From Perna viridis (taxonomy: Eukaryota), in NCBI GenBank assembly GCA_037379345.1, contig CM074516.1, positions 5,518,001-5,582,000 of the forward strand: DNA of 64,000 nt. The letters run 5' to 3'. The notes under the pieces are model-generated. The model was given only the letters and a program-made list of their open reading frames with translations. It was not told the DNA's origin and searched no databases. Positions 8,583 to 20,976 of the stretch are shown in pieces. The first letter of the stretch is position 1. The number at the start of each line of letters is the position of its first letter. The translations under genes were made by a program, and so were the position numbers.

Positions 8583-9212
8583 TTCTCATCTTTCACAAGT
8601 AAGTATGTGACAAACACTGGTGCAAAAATAAACTATTAGCAGTTAGCATGTTCAAGAACTATGACATGTTCATCTTCATCAAATATTTCCCCATTTAACC
8701 TCACTTTTTTACATTCTTGTAGTGAGTTGTCTCAATGTCATTATCTTGCTTATTGTGATAATGCCATGTTAGGAGTGTGTGGTACATATTTCATTTAATA
8801 TGGAGTTCGTGGGATTCGTTTGGAAGTTGTTTGACTTCTGTCGACTAGTTTTGTCATACTTGGAGTGTCAGTCAGGGTTACATGATCTTGACAAATCATT
8901 GCACTTCTTTTGTTATCCCCTTATCATTGCCTGTTCTATTTATAGAACTGTTAAAAATAAAATAGTTGCACTGTGAGAGTTCTAACAATACGATATTTTC
9001 ATTTGTATTGGTGATTTTAAATGTAGAAAGAGTAACAGTCAATGTGCTGTCCTTGTAAATCACAAAATAAATGCTTTCTGCAAAAGTATGTAAATTGTGC
9101 TAAAGCACTTGTTTTGTGCTTATATCCAGTCTGTAATAAATATACTTAACTTGCATGTGTGATTTTCATGTCAAGTGACCGAGGAATACACCCAATTTCC
9201 ATTGTTAATACA

Positions 9213-9296
9213 TTCTCTTTACTTCTCCTGGTACATTATAGTGCTGGTGTGTAAAGTTTTACTAGCACTTACATGTGCTTGGAAAAGTTTGGGATT
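9213..9296 (+). ncRNA. pre-miRNA-like hairpin, type B-like
   Basis: ACTTCTCCTGGTACATTATAGTGCTGGT...ACTAGCACTTACATGTGCTTGGAAAAGT; CTTC at 9301. Confidence 0.7.
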
Positions 9297-9404
9297 CCTG
9301 CTTCATTTTCCAAATCTGTGATGGTGTTTTTCTTTCTTGTGCACCTGGTGCTGAGTTATCTTTTAGTCTGGTTCATTTATTTTGGAAATTTGACCCATGA
9401 ACAG

Positions 9405-9628
9405 TCTGGAACTGTTGTGATGATTTGTGTTTCTAGAAGCTATCAACTGGTACTGTTACAATGATGTGTTTCTAAAATGTATCAACTGGGACTGTATGGA
9501 TGATTTGTGTTTCTAGAAGATATCAACTGGGACTTCCGTGGTGATTTTTGTTTTTAGAAGCTATTAACTGGGACTGTTTGGATAATTTGTGTTTCTAGAA
9601 GGTATCAACTAGGACAATGATTTATGTT
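9405..9628 (+). repeat. ~41-bp minisatellite, ~5.5 copies
   Basis: Repeated CTGGGACTGT...GATTTGTGTTTCTAGAAGNTATCAA. Confidence 0.85.
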
Positions 9629-9660
9629 CCTTAATGTTCATGTGCATTTCAACATAGTTT

Positions 9661-9746
9661 TATTGTGTTATGCCTTTAGTACAAGGTGAGTGCTGGTTAG
9701 ATGATATAACACCTGCACTAATCTTGTTCTGTATGTATGACAAATA
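9661..9746 (+). ncRNA. most distal, diverged type D-like hairpin
   Basis: TAGTACAAGGTGAGTGCTGGT...ACCTGCACTAATCTTGTTCTG; CATG/CATG replaced by CAAG/CTTG (compensatory). Confidence 0.6.
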
Positions 9747-10179
9747 AAGATCATCAAGCTCTTCTATTATTTTTGGACATGTTTGTCTTGTTTTAGTTGG
9801 TATAAGGGTTATCTTCACTGTTCGATCTTAGTATGTTTTATTGCTTTTAGTATTGAGTTTCTTGATAATAAGTTAAATATTAAATACTAACTATACTATT
9901 CTTCCTACCTTCTTTTTATCTGGGAATTAAGACCTTGTTTTTGTTAGACATGTTTTGATATGATTCACTAAATCCTGTTAGAAATATTTTTTCAATACTT
10001 TTATCTGAGAAAAAGAGGTGTGCTTATCAGTTGCTTTTGGATTTTGAATTAGCTTACAGAAACAATTAGTACTCTTTCCAGGTAGGTACAGCTTGTTGTT
10101 AAGGTGTTTGTATTCTGTATCTACCTCAAGAGTTTGAATTTGACAATTTTTAGCTTGTTTAAATGTTGTATTTACCCAC

Positions 10180-10460
10180 ATGTCCCAGGTTAGGGGAGGG
10201 TTGAGAGCAGAAAAACTGCGCCACATACTTTTTGTCCCTGTCTCAAGCCAAGTAGCTGTCTTTATTATCCGTTCAATTTTTTTCTATAGATTAGGTAGAT
10301 TTTTGTCAAAGTTTTACACTGGGCCTTTTAAAGCTTGCCTTATGCTATAGAATGATGGGTATTGTCCGTTAAGACCATTTGGTGACCTGAAGAAGTTTAG
10401 TTGTTCGGTGCTTGTAATTTGGTGGAAGACCATCTCATTAGCAATCATACCACATTTTTG
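10180..10460 (+). mobile_element. Degenerate bivalve interspersed repeat (Mg1-like)
   Basis: Motifs GGGCCTTTTAAAGCT, GGTGACC and CTCATTAGCAATCATACCACAT resemble a common mussel dispersed repeat (recalled, not searched). Confidence 0.5.
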
Positions 10461-13400
10461 TAGAACTTAGTTTGGGTTCTGGATGCTTCCTTAATTTCTC
10501 ATGCTTTCAATATATTTTACTAGAAATTAGCAGATTGTGTCCAGTATTAAATTCAGAATAAGGTATTTTTGCCAATATTATTCCTTGCTACATGTATTTA
10601 TGACACCACAGATAAATACAGTTGCATTTGATGACTCTCGAAGAGTTTAATTAAAAGGGAGAATTGGAATTAATCATCCACTGTTCTTTTAAACTGTATT
10701 CAAGTAGGACTGAGTCCTAGTTCATGTCTTCTGTACAAGCTACTTCAACATACATGTATTCATTTTTCACTGCAGAACATTCTACTGACAAATGATCAAG
10801 TACTGGGAACTTGCATTCTATAAGTGTATGTTGTGGTTATAGTAAGTGTTAGTTGGACTTACAATGTCCTTTGTGTATTAATGAAAACTGATCACTCAAC
10901 AATAACATGATTACTGTTTATAGAAATGCAAATGTCTTATATTACATTCAATGATCAAAACTAATACAATAACAACTTTTTCTATGGTAAAACAGTATGT
11001 AAACCTGAAAATTATAACCTTTTGCCATTAAAATTTATGAAATACAATCCCTGAAGATTTATAACAACATGAGGTTCAGTTAAAATAGGTTTCTCTGTAC
11101 ATGATATAAATTACACAGGTCACATGTCTTACCTTTACTTTTCTTCTGTAGCCTTCTTTCTCTTCTCTGCATGCATGCAACTTAGGTTAGACTTAAATTT
11201 AAGGAAAAGGCATAAAAATCTTAATGGTGTTTTCTTCAATTTTGAAATGCATTATTTCTAAATCAAGATTGTACAACATCTTGTTATTCTGATCTTCTTT
11301 ATAATTTACATTTTATAGAACTAGAAATTAGATGTACAGTGCAGAACAATGGTGTACACTTCATTACTTTTTGTTCATTTTCAGACCTGTTAATGCTTCT
11401 TTAAAACAAATCATGTTTTTTTGTCATAATAAGAAGATGATTTGTAAAATTTAGAACATCATTTTATCATGGGTATTGTAGACAGATTCATAGCATAATT
11501 TGCCGTCAAATTTTGTAGGAACTACGGCAAAACAGTCATTGTTAACACCTCCAAAGTTTGTATAACATTATCACAAATCCAAGACAATACAGATATTCTG
11601 ATCATTCTTCATAGCAATATAGATTTTTTTCATGGAGTAGTTATTGTTCAGTTACTGCATTAGAAATTTATTATATTACATTGTCATTGGTGTATAAATA
11701 TGATGTATAATAAGGAAATCTCTTATGTAGCAGTCTTTGTAAGAATCATGCAAAATCTGAAAAATGTGATACACCCCAAAAGGCTACATATTTTTATTTT
11801 TGTTATTGTTTTATGGGTCTATACTTTGAAATGTGTAATTATTCATTCAAATCTGGCTGCACTTAGAAGATAATCAACATTGAAAATCCAATAGATTCCA
11901 TTGTATTTGAGTGTCATTTACTGAGTATCTCCCTTAATTTTGAAATCTACAGTGCATTCTATATACTCTTTATCTCCTAAGAACACTGGATATATGAAAT
12001 ACTGAATGCTAACTTCTGTTTACAATGGCAATTCAAACAAAATGTCAAAAATAAAAATATGTAGGCTTTTTACCCATAAATCACATTTTGCATGATTCTT
12101 AGCTACTTAAAAGTAAATTGGAGAGAGTGAAAGTCTTTGAAATTGGGACCAACCCACCAGCCAATGGTGGTAAAAATAGTGGCTGGCTTGCAGAATTTTT
12201 GCTTCCAAGCCAATGTATCCTATATAAATCTCTTTTCAGATTAAGGGTACGGGCTTGTCTGAAATTAAGATAACAAAAACTCCTTAAGGTTACATTTTTG
12301 TTTTTTTAAGCCATGTGTACAGGTAAAATAACTGTGCAATAAGTAGTATATCATGTAATATTTACATGCCTTACCACTTGTAATCTTCAATTCATTTTTT
12401 CACAATCTAAAAAAAAAAGAAATAGTCACAATTAAAATGAGTCTAATACACAGAAATTGCCAGTGATTAACAGTGATTTTCCAACCCTGGTTTTGGGTAC
12501 GAAATCCCGCCCCATTCTTAAAGAGAAATATGTCCAACTTTTATCATCAAAATTCCTATTTCACTTCATCTCAAGATTTGTACTTGTACATGTACATTAT
12601 TAAAATGGAGATTTTTAAGTGTACCAGTGATACACGTGATGCAAGTCTTCCCTGCAATCAACCGTTTCAAATTTGTCTTCCAGGGGTAACCACATGAACT
12701 ATGGAACAATACAATGGAAACTGCAATGGATCACTGCAAGGATTTTAATTGTATGAAAAATTCTCGACCTTGTGTTTATAGATGTTCATCTCCTAAAGTC
12801 ACTATTTCCACGCTCTTTCTGCCAATTGCATGGGTTGGGACCCCTTCTCCAAAGCATGAATTTTATTGTAGGGGTGAAACAATTCCACAAGGTACCGAAA
12901 AACAATAAAATTTTTTCCCTTTTCAGTGCACGGTGCAACTTGTCAAGTTTCCAATTGGGACCAGATGTCATTATATTTGGTAGTTCCCAATAAATCTTTA
13001 ACACAGAGGTTAGAACTAAGTTCATTTACAAAATGTTGTCTACATGACATGGAAAATAACAGAAAATTTAGATTTAAGCTTAACATATTACAATGGTAAC
13101 CAACATTTAATATTTTCTATCTTTACTTTCTTAGATACACGAGTATCTGCTGGTCCATATCATGTATAAAGGCCACTATAAAATTATATGCACCCCATCA
13201 CTTTCAAACTAAAAATGTGACATCATGATTTTAAAAGTGCCGTATAATTTTCTCTTTTCTTCCACATGATAACTCCAGTGTAAACTACATTTGAAAACTA
13301 AAATATAACAATTTGTTCATGATACAAATGGATGGGTTGATAGTCTCTACAATTACAATGCCAAGTCTAAATAATTTTTTGACACAAACAACTGGTATAT

Positions 13401-14156
13401 ATATACATGTTTTGTCATATTTGCTAATTTTACATGACTACTACAACTAAATTTTTCATAGTGCAATAGAAAATCAGGAAATAATGCCATAACTGGTTAT
13501 GGTTTAAATATATACTGGTACAGGGTACAGGTCACATTTTGAAAAACTCCTACAAAAAAAACTGGTCAATTAAGCAAAGATATGGATTTTTTGGCAAAAT
13601 ATTATGTTCAGTTTGCAAATAAAAAAAGAGATGTGCAGTATCATGTACATGTATGTATGATTTTTTTTTATCAAAGATCTTCATGTGTATGATCTTATAG
13701 CACAAGATTTTTTCTCTGGTTACAGGGTCAGAGGTAATTTGAACTAGCATTTTTCAAGTCATGTTTGTATTAAAAGCTATTACCATATCTTTTTCACAGT
13801 TCGTTCATTCAGTAGTTTTCAAGCTGTTGGAGTATGTCGGTATTTGCTCCACTCACTGAAATGATATTAAAAAAAAGAAATGTGATCTCTACAATTGACA
13901 TAAATAATGATAATAAATGGTCCTTTTGGTTTGATATTGAATATTTTATCCACTAAAAAAAATTATGATATTTATAGGGTTTACATTTACTGCGAGTTGT
14001 TAGGGATCTATGCAGACCCTCTGTCAAAACATGACCAGATCCAAATCTTTCAATAAGAATGATGTATGCAGTTAGGATGTGATTGTATGAACTTGTAAGG
14101 CAGATATACAACATGTGTTGAAAGAAGTGTTCATATTCCTGATGTAACCGCAAACA

Positions 14157-14562
14157 ATTAGTCATTATCAAGTCTGAATCACACCTGCGTTTGATCAGAC
14201 GCATTTTTTGACATACTACAAATTTTATTAATCAAGCGCTGGAATGATAAAGATCAAATTTCCTTGATAAACATTTGAGGAAAATATTGTTGCTCAATTA
14301 CAATTTCACAGTTAAAAAAACGCAGAAACGAAAAGCTGATGACAAGGCATCAGACCTACTGATTAGTCATCATCAAGTCTGAATCACACCTGCGTTTGAT
14401 CAGACGCATTTTTTGACGTACTACAAATTTTATTAATCAAGCGCTGGAATGATAAAGATCAAATTTCCTTGATAAACATTTGAGGAAAATATTGTTGCTC
14501 AATTACAATTTCACTGTTAAAAAAACGCAGAAACGAAAAGCTGATGACAAGGCATCAGACCT
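14157..14562. repeat. Recent ~201-bp tandem duplication (period 205)
   Basis: 14157-14357 and 14362-14562 differ at only a few positions. Confidence 0.95.
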
Positions 14563-15681
14563 GGAGACGGAATCAATTGACACGGTGTCTTCTTAACCAG
14601 CAAACAGAATTATTCATAAGATTATCAGATAACAAAATTGCATTTATATCAATTGGGACTTGACACATTGTCCGGGCTTAGTGTACAAAAGGTGAAAAAG
14701 TCCAGGGCTCAGGTCTTCCAAAAAAAAATTTCAACCCCTGACCACTTGATGGATTTTGATGAGTGATGTACCAAAAGATATAAGATTGTAGAATGGCAAC
14801 ATATACATGTATTTAATTGAAATGAGAGGAATATTAATATTTTTTTTAAATTAGGTCTTAATAGACAACTGACCTAAAAAATTCACTTTTTTACAGGTTC
14901 ATAAAGGCTGATTTGTCATTGAGTGTTTGTGAAAATATTGCACCTATTAAACTGAAATTAACATCAAATGAAATATAAAAATCTGCTGAATAGCTGAATT
15001 GATAAATGTGCTCTGAATAACAAAAAATGACTAAATGAATGTACCTATGTCTTGAGATAAACAAATTTTCAATTTCAAAAACTATACTCCAGTAAACTTT
15101 TAATCATTGTGTCATCCTACTCATTAACCTTTTGAGTTTACTACCAATTAAAAATATAAAGAAACCTCTTTAAAATGATATAATTTTTATTGCATAATAA
15201 TTTGTTTGAAATACTGTTACAGTTAGAAGTTGACCAATTTCATTAATTTTCTTTGGGGCAATTACCGATATCTAATAAGTAATTCTTGATTATTACAGGT
15301 AATTTTTTTTACATTTTTATTATATTTTAGTGTTCTGAGAACACATCCTACATCAGTATTTTCATCAACTTTTTTCAAAATTAATTTGTTAATTCTATAT
15401 TTAAATGACTGAAATCCTGCATAGAATAATTTACCTTTCCCAAGTATGCATTAATCAAATATAAACTTGATAGGCTTTAAGTTTATCCAGTATAGAGACT
15501 AGGGAGGCAGTTATTTTTGTACATTATACAGACTTTGTTAGGAGTGACTAGTCCCTGGTTAAATATAATTAGAATTCAAATAGTTCCTTCCCACCAAGGT
15601 AAAATCTAAATGATATAAATGATTTGCATATATAGGAATACACTAACATGAAAGGTTCAGAAGTCTTATCATATTATAGTG

Positions 15682-15759
15682 GATTCTGTGTCCGGGGGTG
15701 TTTTCTGATTTTGGCCCATTTAGTGGGCCAAATCAGAAAACAGCCCCTGACACTGAATC
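15682..15759. repeat. ~36-bp-arm imperfect palindrome, probably subterminal in a decayed DNA transposon
   Basis: GATTCTGTGTCCGGGGGTGTTTTCTGATTTTGGCCCA / TGGGCCAAATCAGAAAACAGCCCCTGACACTGAATC. Confidence 0.75.
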
Positions 15760-17096
15760 AAAAAAGGGATTGTACATGTGATATACTGGTCAAAAAGTAG
15801 TTCAATGCTGCCAAGTAATTCTCACCAATTTTTCGTTGATCAAAATTTAAGGAAAAACGCCTATAAGATTGCTGATATTACGCTCTCAAAAGTGAGCTAT
15901 CATACAACAATTTTCATTGAAAATTTTGGTGAGCATATTGGGAAGAATCGTTTCGGTCTCAAAAGTGGTCTTCTCTCTGACCCGTACTGGTAGTAGCAGT
16001 GTTTTATTAGCTGTGAAACGTAGTCTAACTATTTTTTTTTTATTTTTGAAACGTTAGATCGAAAAATCAAAAAGAAAGATCAAGAGCTACTATTTGAAGT
16101 ATTTCGCAGCTATGTTTTTATAGGAAAATGAAAAAAAAATGTCACTAGCAAACAATGCTTTCTCTTACTCAAGAATATGAAACATTTTTTCATTTGGATA
16201 CTGTTTAACTAGATTAGGATTATAGTGTCTCCTATTTTTTCATGTAATCATTGTCTTTTTTGTATTTTATGGATTATTTACATTTTCTAATCTGGCGCCT
16301 TCTATGTAATGCGCATGCGTTTCATGGCACAATAACCATCGAACCAACAACGGAACGACCATGAAATAATTCCCTTTCAATTTATATCGATTGTTTGAAT
16401 TATTACGACTCAAATAATCGTCAAATCTGCAAAATGAGCTAAAAGGGAAAAACCTGGATCGACTTAAAACATATCTAATCAAATTCAAGCTTGTTGTAAA
16501 TTGTTAACATATAACTCAAATGACATTCAATTTATTTTTAAAATATCACACAAAAATTCGCTTTCGGTTTACTTGGAACACATAGATATACGAACACAAA
16601 ACTCTCTGACATCCTACATAATTGAAAAACAAAGATTTTTATTATTGTTATCTAGTTGGTCTTTTCCAGTTTCTAAATTTTCAAATTAGCGAACTTCATG
16701 TCAAAACTGCCTGTCCATTCGAAAACTTGAGCCACAATTGTGAAACCGACCCTGCCCTTAGATGTACGTACCTCTCATCTAGCTATACAGCTATTTCCTA
16801 GTTGATAAGCTAAAGCCCGCGTTGCATAGACATCTATGTGTCACGTAAAAGTACACTGACATAAACACTGAAGTCTCAGAATATGATTTCAACAATAAGG
16901 TCTGATGAAAGCCATGCTCTTCTAAGTCTCTTGTACTCCTACAATATAATAGAACGTATACCCTTTCGAATTAAGGGTGTAATGAAGTTTATCTTAATAA
17001 TTTATTTTAATAAATGCTGCTGTTCTGGCAGTTTATTGACGTTATTAACATGGAATTTAACTTGATATTTAAAAACAACTGTAAGGAGACCTAAAT

Positions 17097-17245
17097 CAGT
17101 GGCAGATACAGTCGGGGGCGTGGCGGGCGTGCACCCCCTCCTAAAATTTGCAAAGCATGGGTTGTCAGGGGAAAATTTAGGCGGTTTTAGGAAATTTTAA
17201 CTGTGCCCCCCCCCCCCCCAATCTAAAATCTTGGATCCGCCCCTG
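17097..17245. mobile_element. Short MITE with CAG(G/T)GGCGGATCC-type termini (relatives near 22310-22446, 46720-46850, 54826-54947, 63585-63705)
   Basis: CAGTGGCAGATACAG...CTTGGATCCGCCCCTG with G/C-rich subterminal tracts. Confidence 0.65.
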
Positions 17246-20200
17246 ACCTAAATGTTTGGATTTGAAAGTTAACGGAGAATGCCAAAATGGAACTATTTTC
17301 CTGCGGCTGTGTAAGAGATAGTTACAGATACTAAGAGGCTTTACAAATCTAAAGGCTCTGGCGATTGCTATATCAATTCCGATCTTCGATCTTCGATCTA
17401 AATTGATAAAAAATAGAAGGTTTTCTTTACTGAAAGTTAACGGGTTCTGTACAATGAGAACTGATCTGCCTCCCCGTCCCTAAAATAAACAAAAACAGTC
17501 CCTAAGGCTACCTTTGGAAAGGTGTATAATATTCTCAGTAATTAAATAACAAGTATATTGAACCCTGATTGATCTTAAATTTTTTAATATAAGTAATAAT
17601 TTAAAGCAGAGAAAACTATCAAAAGCTTGCTTTGGTTGTCCATGTTAAAAGATAGATGACGTCTAACGTGATCCCGAAAGTAAGCAAGGCCACATTAGAA
17701 AAAAATACAAAAGCCAGATTCAACATATTATTCATAAGCTAAATTTTATAACTATTTTTGTTGCTGCCTAATGTACATCAATAGGATGGAAACCCATGAT
17801 AATTCTTAACAATGTCACGAGATGTTGCAAAGCATCGACTTCTTTCCCGGTCAATTTTGAGAGCTCAGTAGTAAAAAAATATTGTTTTTGCTTTTGTGAC
17901 TTATAACTGATAATTTTAACATTTGAACATTGCATTAGCATTTTAGTAATTTAAGTCGTAACCTGAAGCAAACCTGACTAGAAATGAAGCACAATTGGGC
18001 CTCCGATCAGGTACGTCGAGTACGCCTCCTTGAAGCTCCATATAACGTAACATTCCCCTAGCTAAAATAATTTCGTTCCTCTGATTATTTATTCCTGACA
18101 ATTCTACAAAGAGGTCTCATTTCCTCGATTTCCTCGGTTAATGGTATTCCAGCTCAGGCTTTTGAAACTAACATCATTATCGTTAAAACATAAGTTGTCA
18201 GCCAAAACAAAGATACATTCTTGAAATTTTCTTCTAGCCTTTGAGCTATTCAAAGCTCTACATGAGATCAGAATCTACATTATAATAGCTTTCAAATAAG
18301 ACACCAAATTTTAGAAAAAAATCGGAGTCAGGAAAATTCAATACTTTATGTTAATTTAAAACATCATTGTAAAGAAAAAAGAGATACCAGATGGTAGTTA
18401 GACACGGTGTTAGATTTAACTTAAAATATATTAAAGGACACCCATCACTTTCTCTTTTACGGTCTATAATAATCTAAGTTCAGAAAAAAATTGAGCACCT
18501 CCGCTGAGGGATGATTAAGGCTGCACAAATTTTGGTCTTCATTCTTGGGTATGAACCCCTTTTTTCATACATTTGGGTGCTGTCCAACAAGGCGACGTAT
18601 TCAGACAAAAATGAAATCGATTTTTCCTTATTTAATGCAATTGTTTCCAGAAAATTACAGACATGATTTCTGTATGTACCCATTTGAGAAAATATCAAAT
18701 TATTAAGTTAAGAATCAGACATCTTTTTGCGTTTCAATAATCTTGGGGTGGTGCACAATGTGTTTTTTCAAAATATCACCTTCGTGGTAAAAAAAAAATA
18801 TCAGACGGCTTTAGGAGTAAATGGACAACGCCAAAACTGCATGATACGCCAGTTCTCCACAGGACTATAACCGCTTCCTAATTCGCCACGACGTTGCGTA
18901 TGTTGTTGGTGTCACATTCGACTGAACCGGGGCTGCTATTAGAATGTGGAGTTATCAAAGGCAATATAGATTTTAAAATATTCGAAAATGGTTGCTGTTT
19001 CAGGATTATGATCATAAATCTTTGAAAGATACCATTAATTGTGGAGGGAAAGCACTATTCGGTCACAAGAACGTCCATTTTCATATGTGGACGGGTAACA
19101 TTAAGAAATGCTTGCTTCCTATTTCACCAATATATCTAAGTTGTTTCTTGGCGTGTTTTGATCAAACAAACTTTTTTGGAAAGAGCAGTTTGTGCTGCGG
19201 ATGATGTCATATTTTTCATGACGTAATGATAAGATCAAAGCGTATTACAATATCACAAAAATGTCCCCTCTTTGGTGTGGACATTGTAAAATGGAAAGAA
19301 ATCGATTTGAAGACAAAATGTTAGACATTTTTTTAAGTTATGCGAACAGCTTTTTTTAATCGGGACTTTTATTAACTATATTGACAATTTATTACATAAC
19401 CCCAATGAAAAAATATATAAAATGTTCAATAAGTCTTTTTGTTAAAAGCCTTGTCCGTATTTCAATTATATCTTACTTTTTTCGACGTTGGCCATTGGCT
19501 GCTTTCTTGCTTACCGTTGTAAAATATAACAACGAATAGTATTGTTATCAAAGTATATTCACGCTTAAAGGACTGTATAAATATTCAGAATATCATGTTT
19601 ATTCTAAAAAAAAAATAACGAGTTTTATTGTTTATTAGTAGATAAATACGCACATATGTTGTGATGTCACGTTGTCTTTTTCACTTTTCTACACGTTGCG
19701 TGCTACCTGGTCTTTATTAAAAGCATTTTTTTCGTTAGCTTTGAGTGAACTAATAACTATGAAATTTTGAGTTTTACATGTGTATGTGCTGCCGATAGTA
19801 TATTCTAAAAATAATGGTACTTGGTTGAACATGTATCTTAGCGTAACATTTTGTCTGTGTCTAACCAAAATGTCACGACATCTGAAATTTGTACATTTTA
19901 TTTATTCACGTGTACACCATGCGAAATTCGAACGAATTTTTCAAAAGGGCAAATGGAGTCGACTTCTTCATATACTTAAAAATGTATTCATTCTCCTCTA
20001 TCACTCTGGGGCGTAGCGCCTAGCACGGCTGGTACTGTTAGGTACTGAGTGTGGCGTAGGTGTATAAAGCTTTGAAATAGCGAATGTACCATCTGCGCAG
20101 GAGATTGGTTCAGCGTGTATTAGTAGTACTGTAACCTGTAACGGTCTGTTTGATGTCATCGGGTGCATGTGTTTTTTGTTTGTTTGTCGTTTTTTGTTGT

Positions 20201-20264
20201 TGTTTTGTTTTTGGGTTTTTTTTGTCAATTTATTTTCCCTTATTTGATAGATTTGGAAATTGCC

Positions 20265-20830
20265 ATGGCATAGAATTGGGAGCAAAACTTTACTATTTTC
20301 AATTGAATGTTATACATGTATTTTCTATTCAATCGGTACATTTTTTTAATTTAAATGTAATTAATTGGTATATTTTTTCGTTTAAATGAAATATATTTCA
20401 TTCGATTGGAATAATTTTGTAATGTAGTGCAATATTTTCATCAAATTGGAATATTATTTTTTATTTGAATGTATTCTATGCCAATAATGCATAAATCAAA
20501 TATATCAGTCAAATGATAAATATCGCTTATACCGATGGAATGAAAAATATATTGAAATGAAAAATTATACTAACTGAGTGAAAAATATTGGATTGAAATG
20601 AAAAACTAAACCAACTGACTGATAAATATTGCATTTTTAAAAATGAAAGTTATTCCAACTGAATGCAAAAAAAATGTTGCATTATGAATATATAATATAA
20701 AATTATACCAATTGAATAAAAAAAAAATTATTGGAAAATATTGCATTCGAACGAAAAAATACACCAATTGAATAAAAAGTATTACATTCAAATGAAAATT
20801 ATTATATTTTTGCAACCAATACCATGCCAT
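20265..20830. mobile_element. Foldback-like element: ~565-bp imperfect palindrome
   Basis: TIR ATGGCATAGAATTGGGAGCAAAA / TTTTGCAACCAATACCATGCCAT; internal T-rich ATTGGWATA modules on the left are mirrored by A-rich TATACCAAT modules on the right. Confidence 0.7.
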
Positions 20831-20976
20831 ATTATGTAAAAATAATTTAAATTTTCGGAAGCAACACGCTTTCTAATTGGATACAAACGTTTGTCCATCA
20901 TCTTAAAATGTGACTATGACGTCATCAACCTGTTTTAATAATTTACTCATTGAATTTTGATACTGAAATTGAGATA

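Larger units (their letters stand above)
81..9746 (+). ncRNA. Putative polycistronic miRNA cluster: ~40 paralogous ~80-nt stem-loops, intact and decayed, of an unrecognised family
   Basis: A recurring 5' arm (A/G)GTACATRTAATGTGCYRGTG or TTAGTACATG(TT/ACA)AGTGCTAGTG pairs across a ~10-13 nt loop with a 3' arm TAGCACTTACATGTGCTTGGAA or variants. Pairing needs G:U on the + strand. There is a ~11-bp lower stem, UGU at the loop start and CNNC at +16 to +18 in many copies. Spacers diverge while arms are conserved. No real ORF. Confidence 0.8.

Noticed and set aside
467-9464. Short ORFs (MCLEK..., MINCTPAHY...) in the hairpin array
   Set aside because: They are by-products of the repeated hairpin sequence; lengths and frames are not conserved between copies.
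81-9746. CRISPR-like repeat-spacer array
   Set aside because: Eukaryotic context, no cas genes, spacers of irregular length that are homologous to one another, and units that are ~80-nt imperfect hairpins of several classes.
81-9746. Cluster of palindromic MITEs or plain satellite DNA
   Set aside because: No TSDs, uniform orientation, G:U-dependent stems, arm-specific conservation and no copies elsewhere in the window. Not fully excluded without a genome-wide search.
15682-15759. Long hairpin as a further miRNA
   Set aside because: Unrelated sequence, very short loop, mismatches not of G:U type and TE-like surroundings, so a DNA palindrome is more likely.
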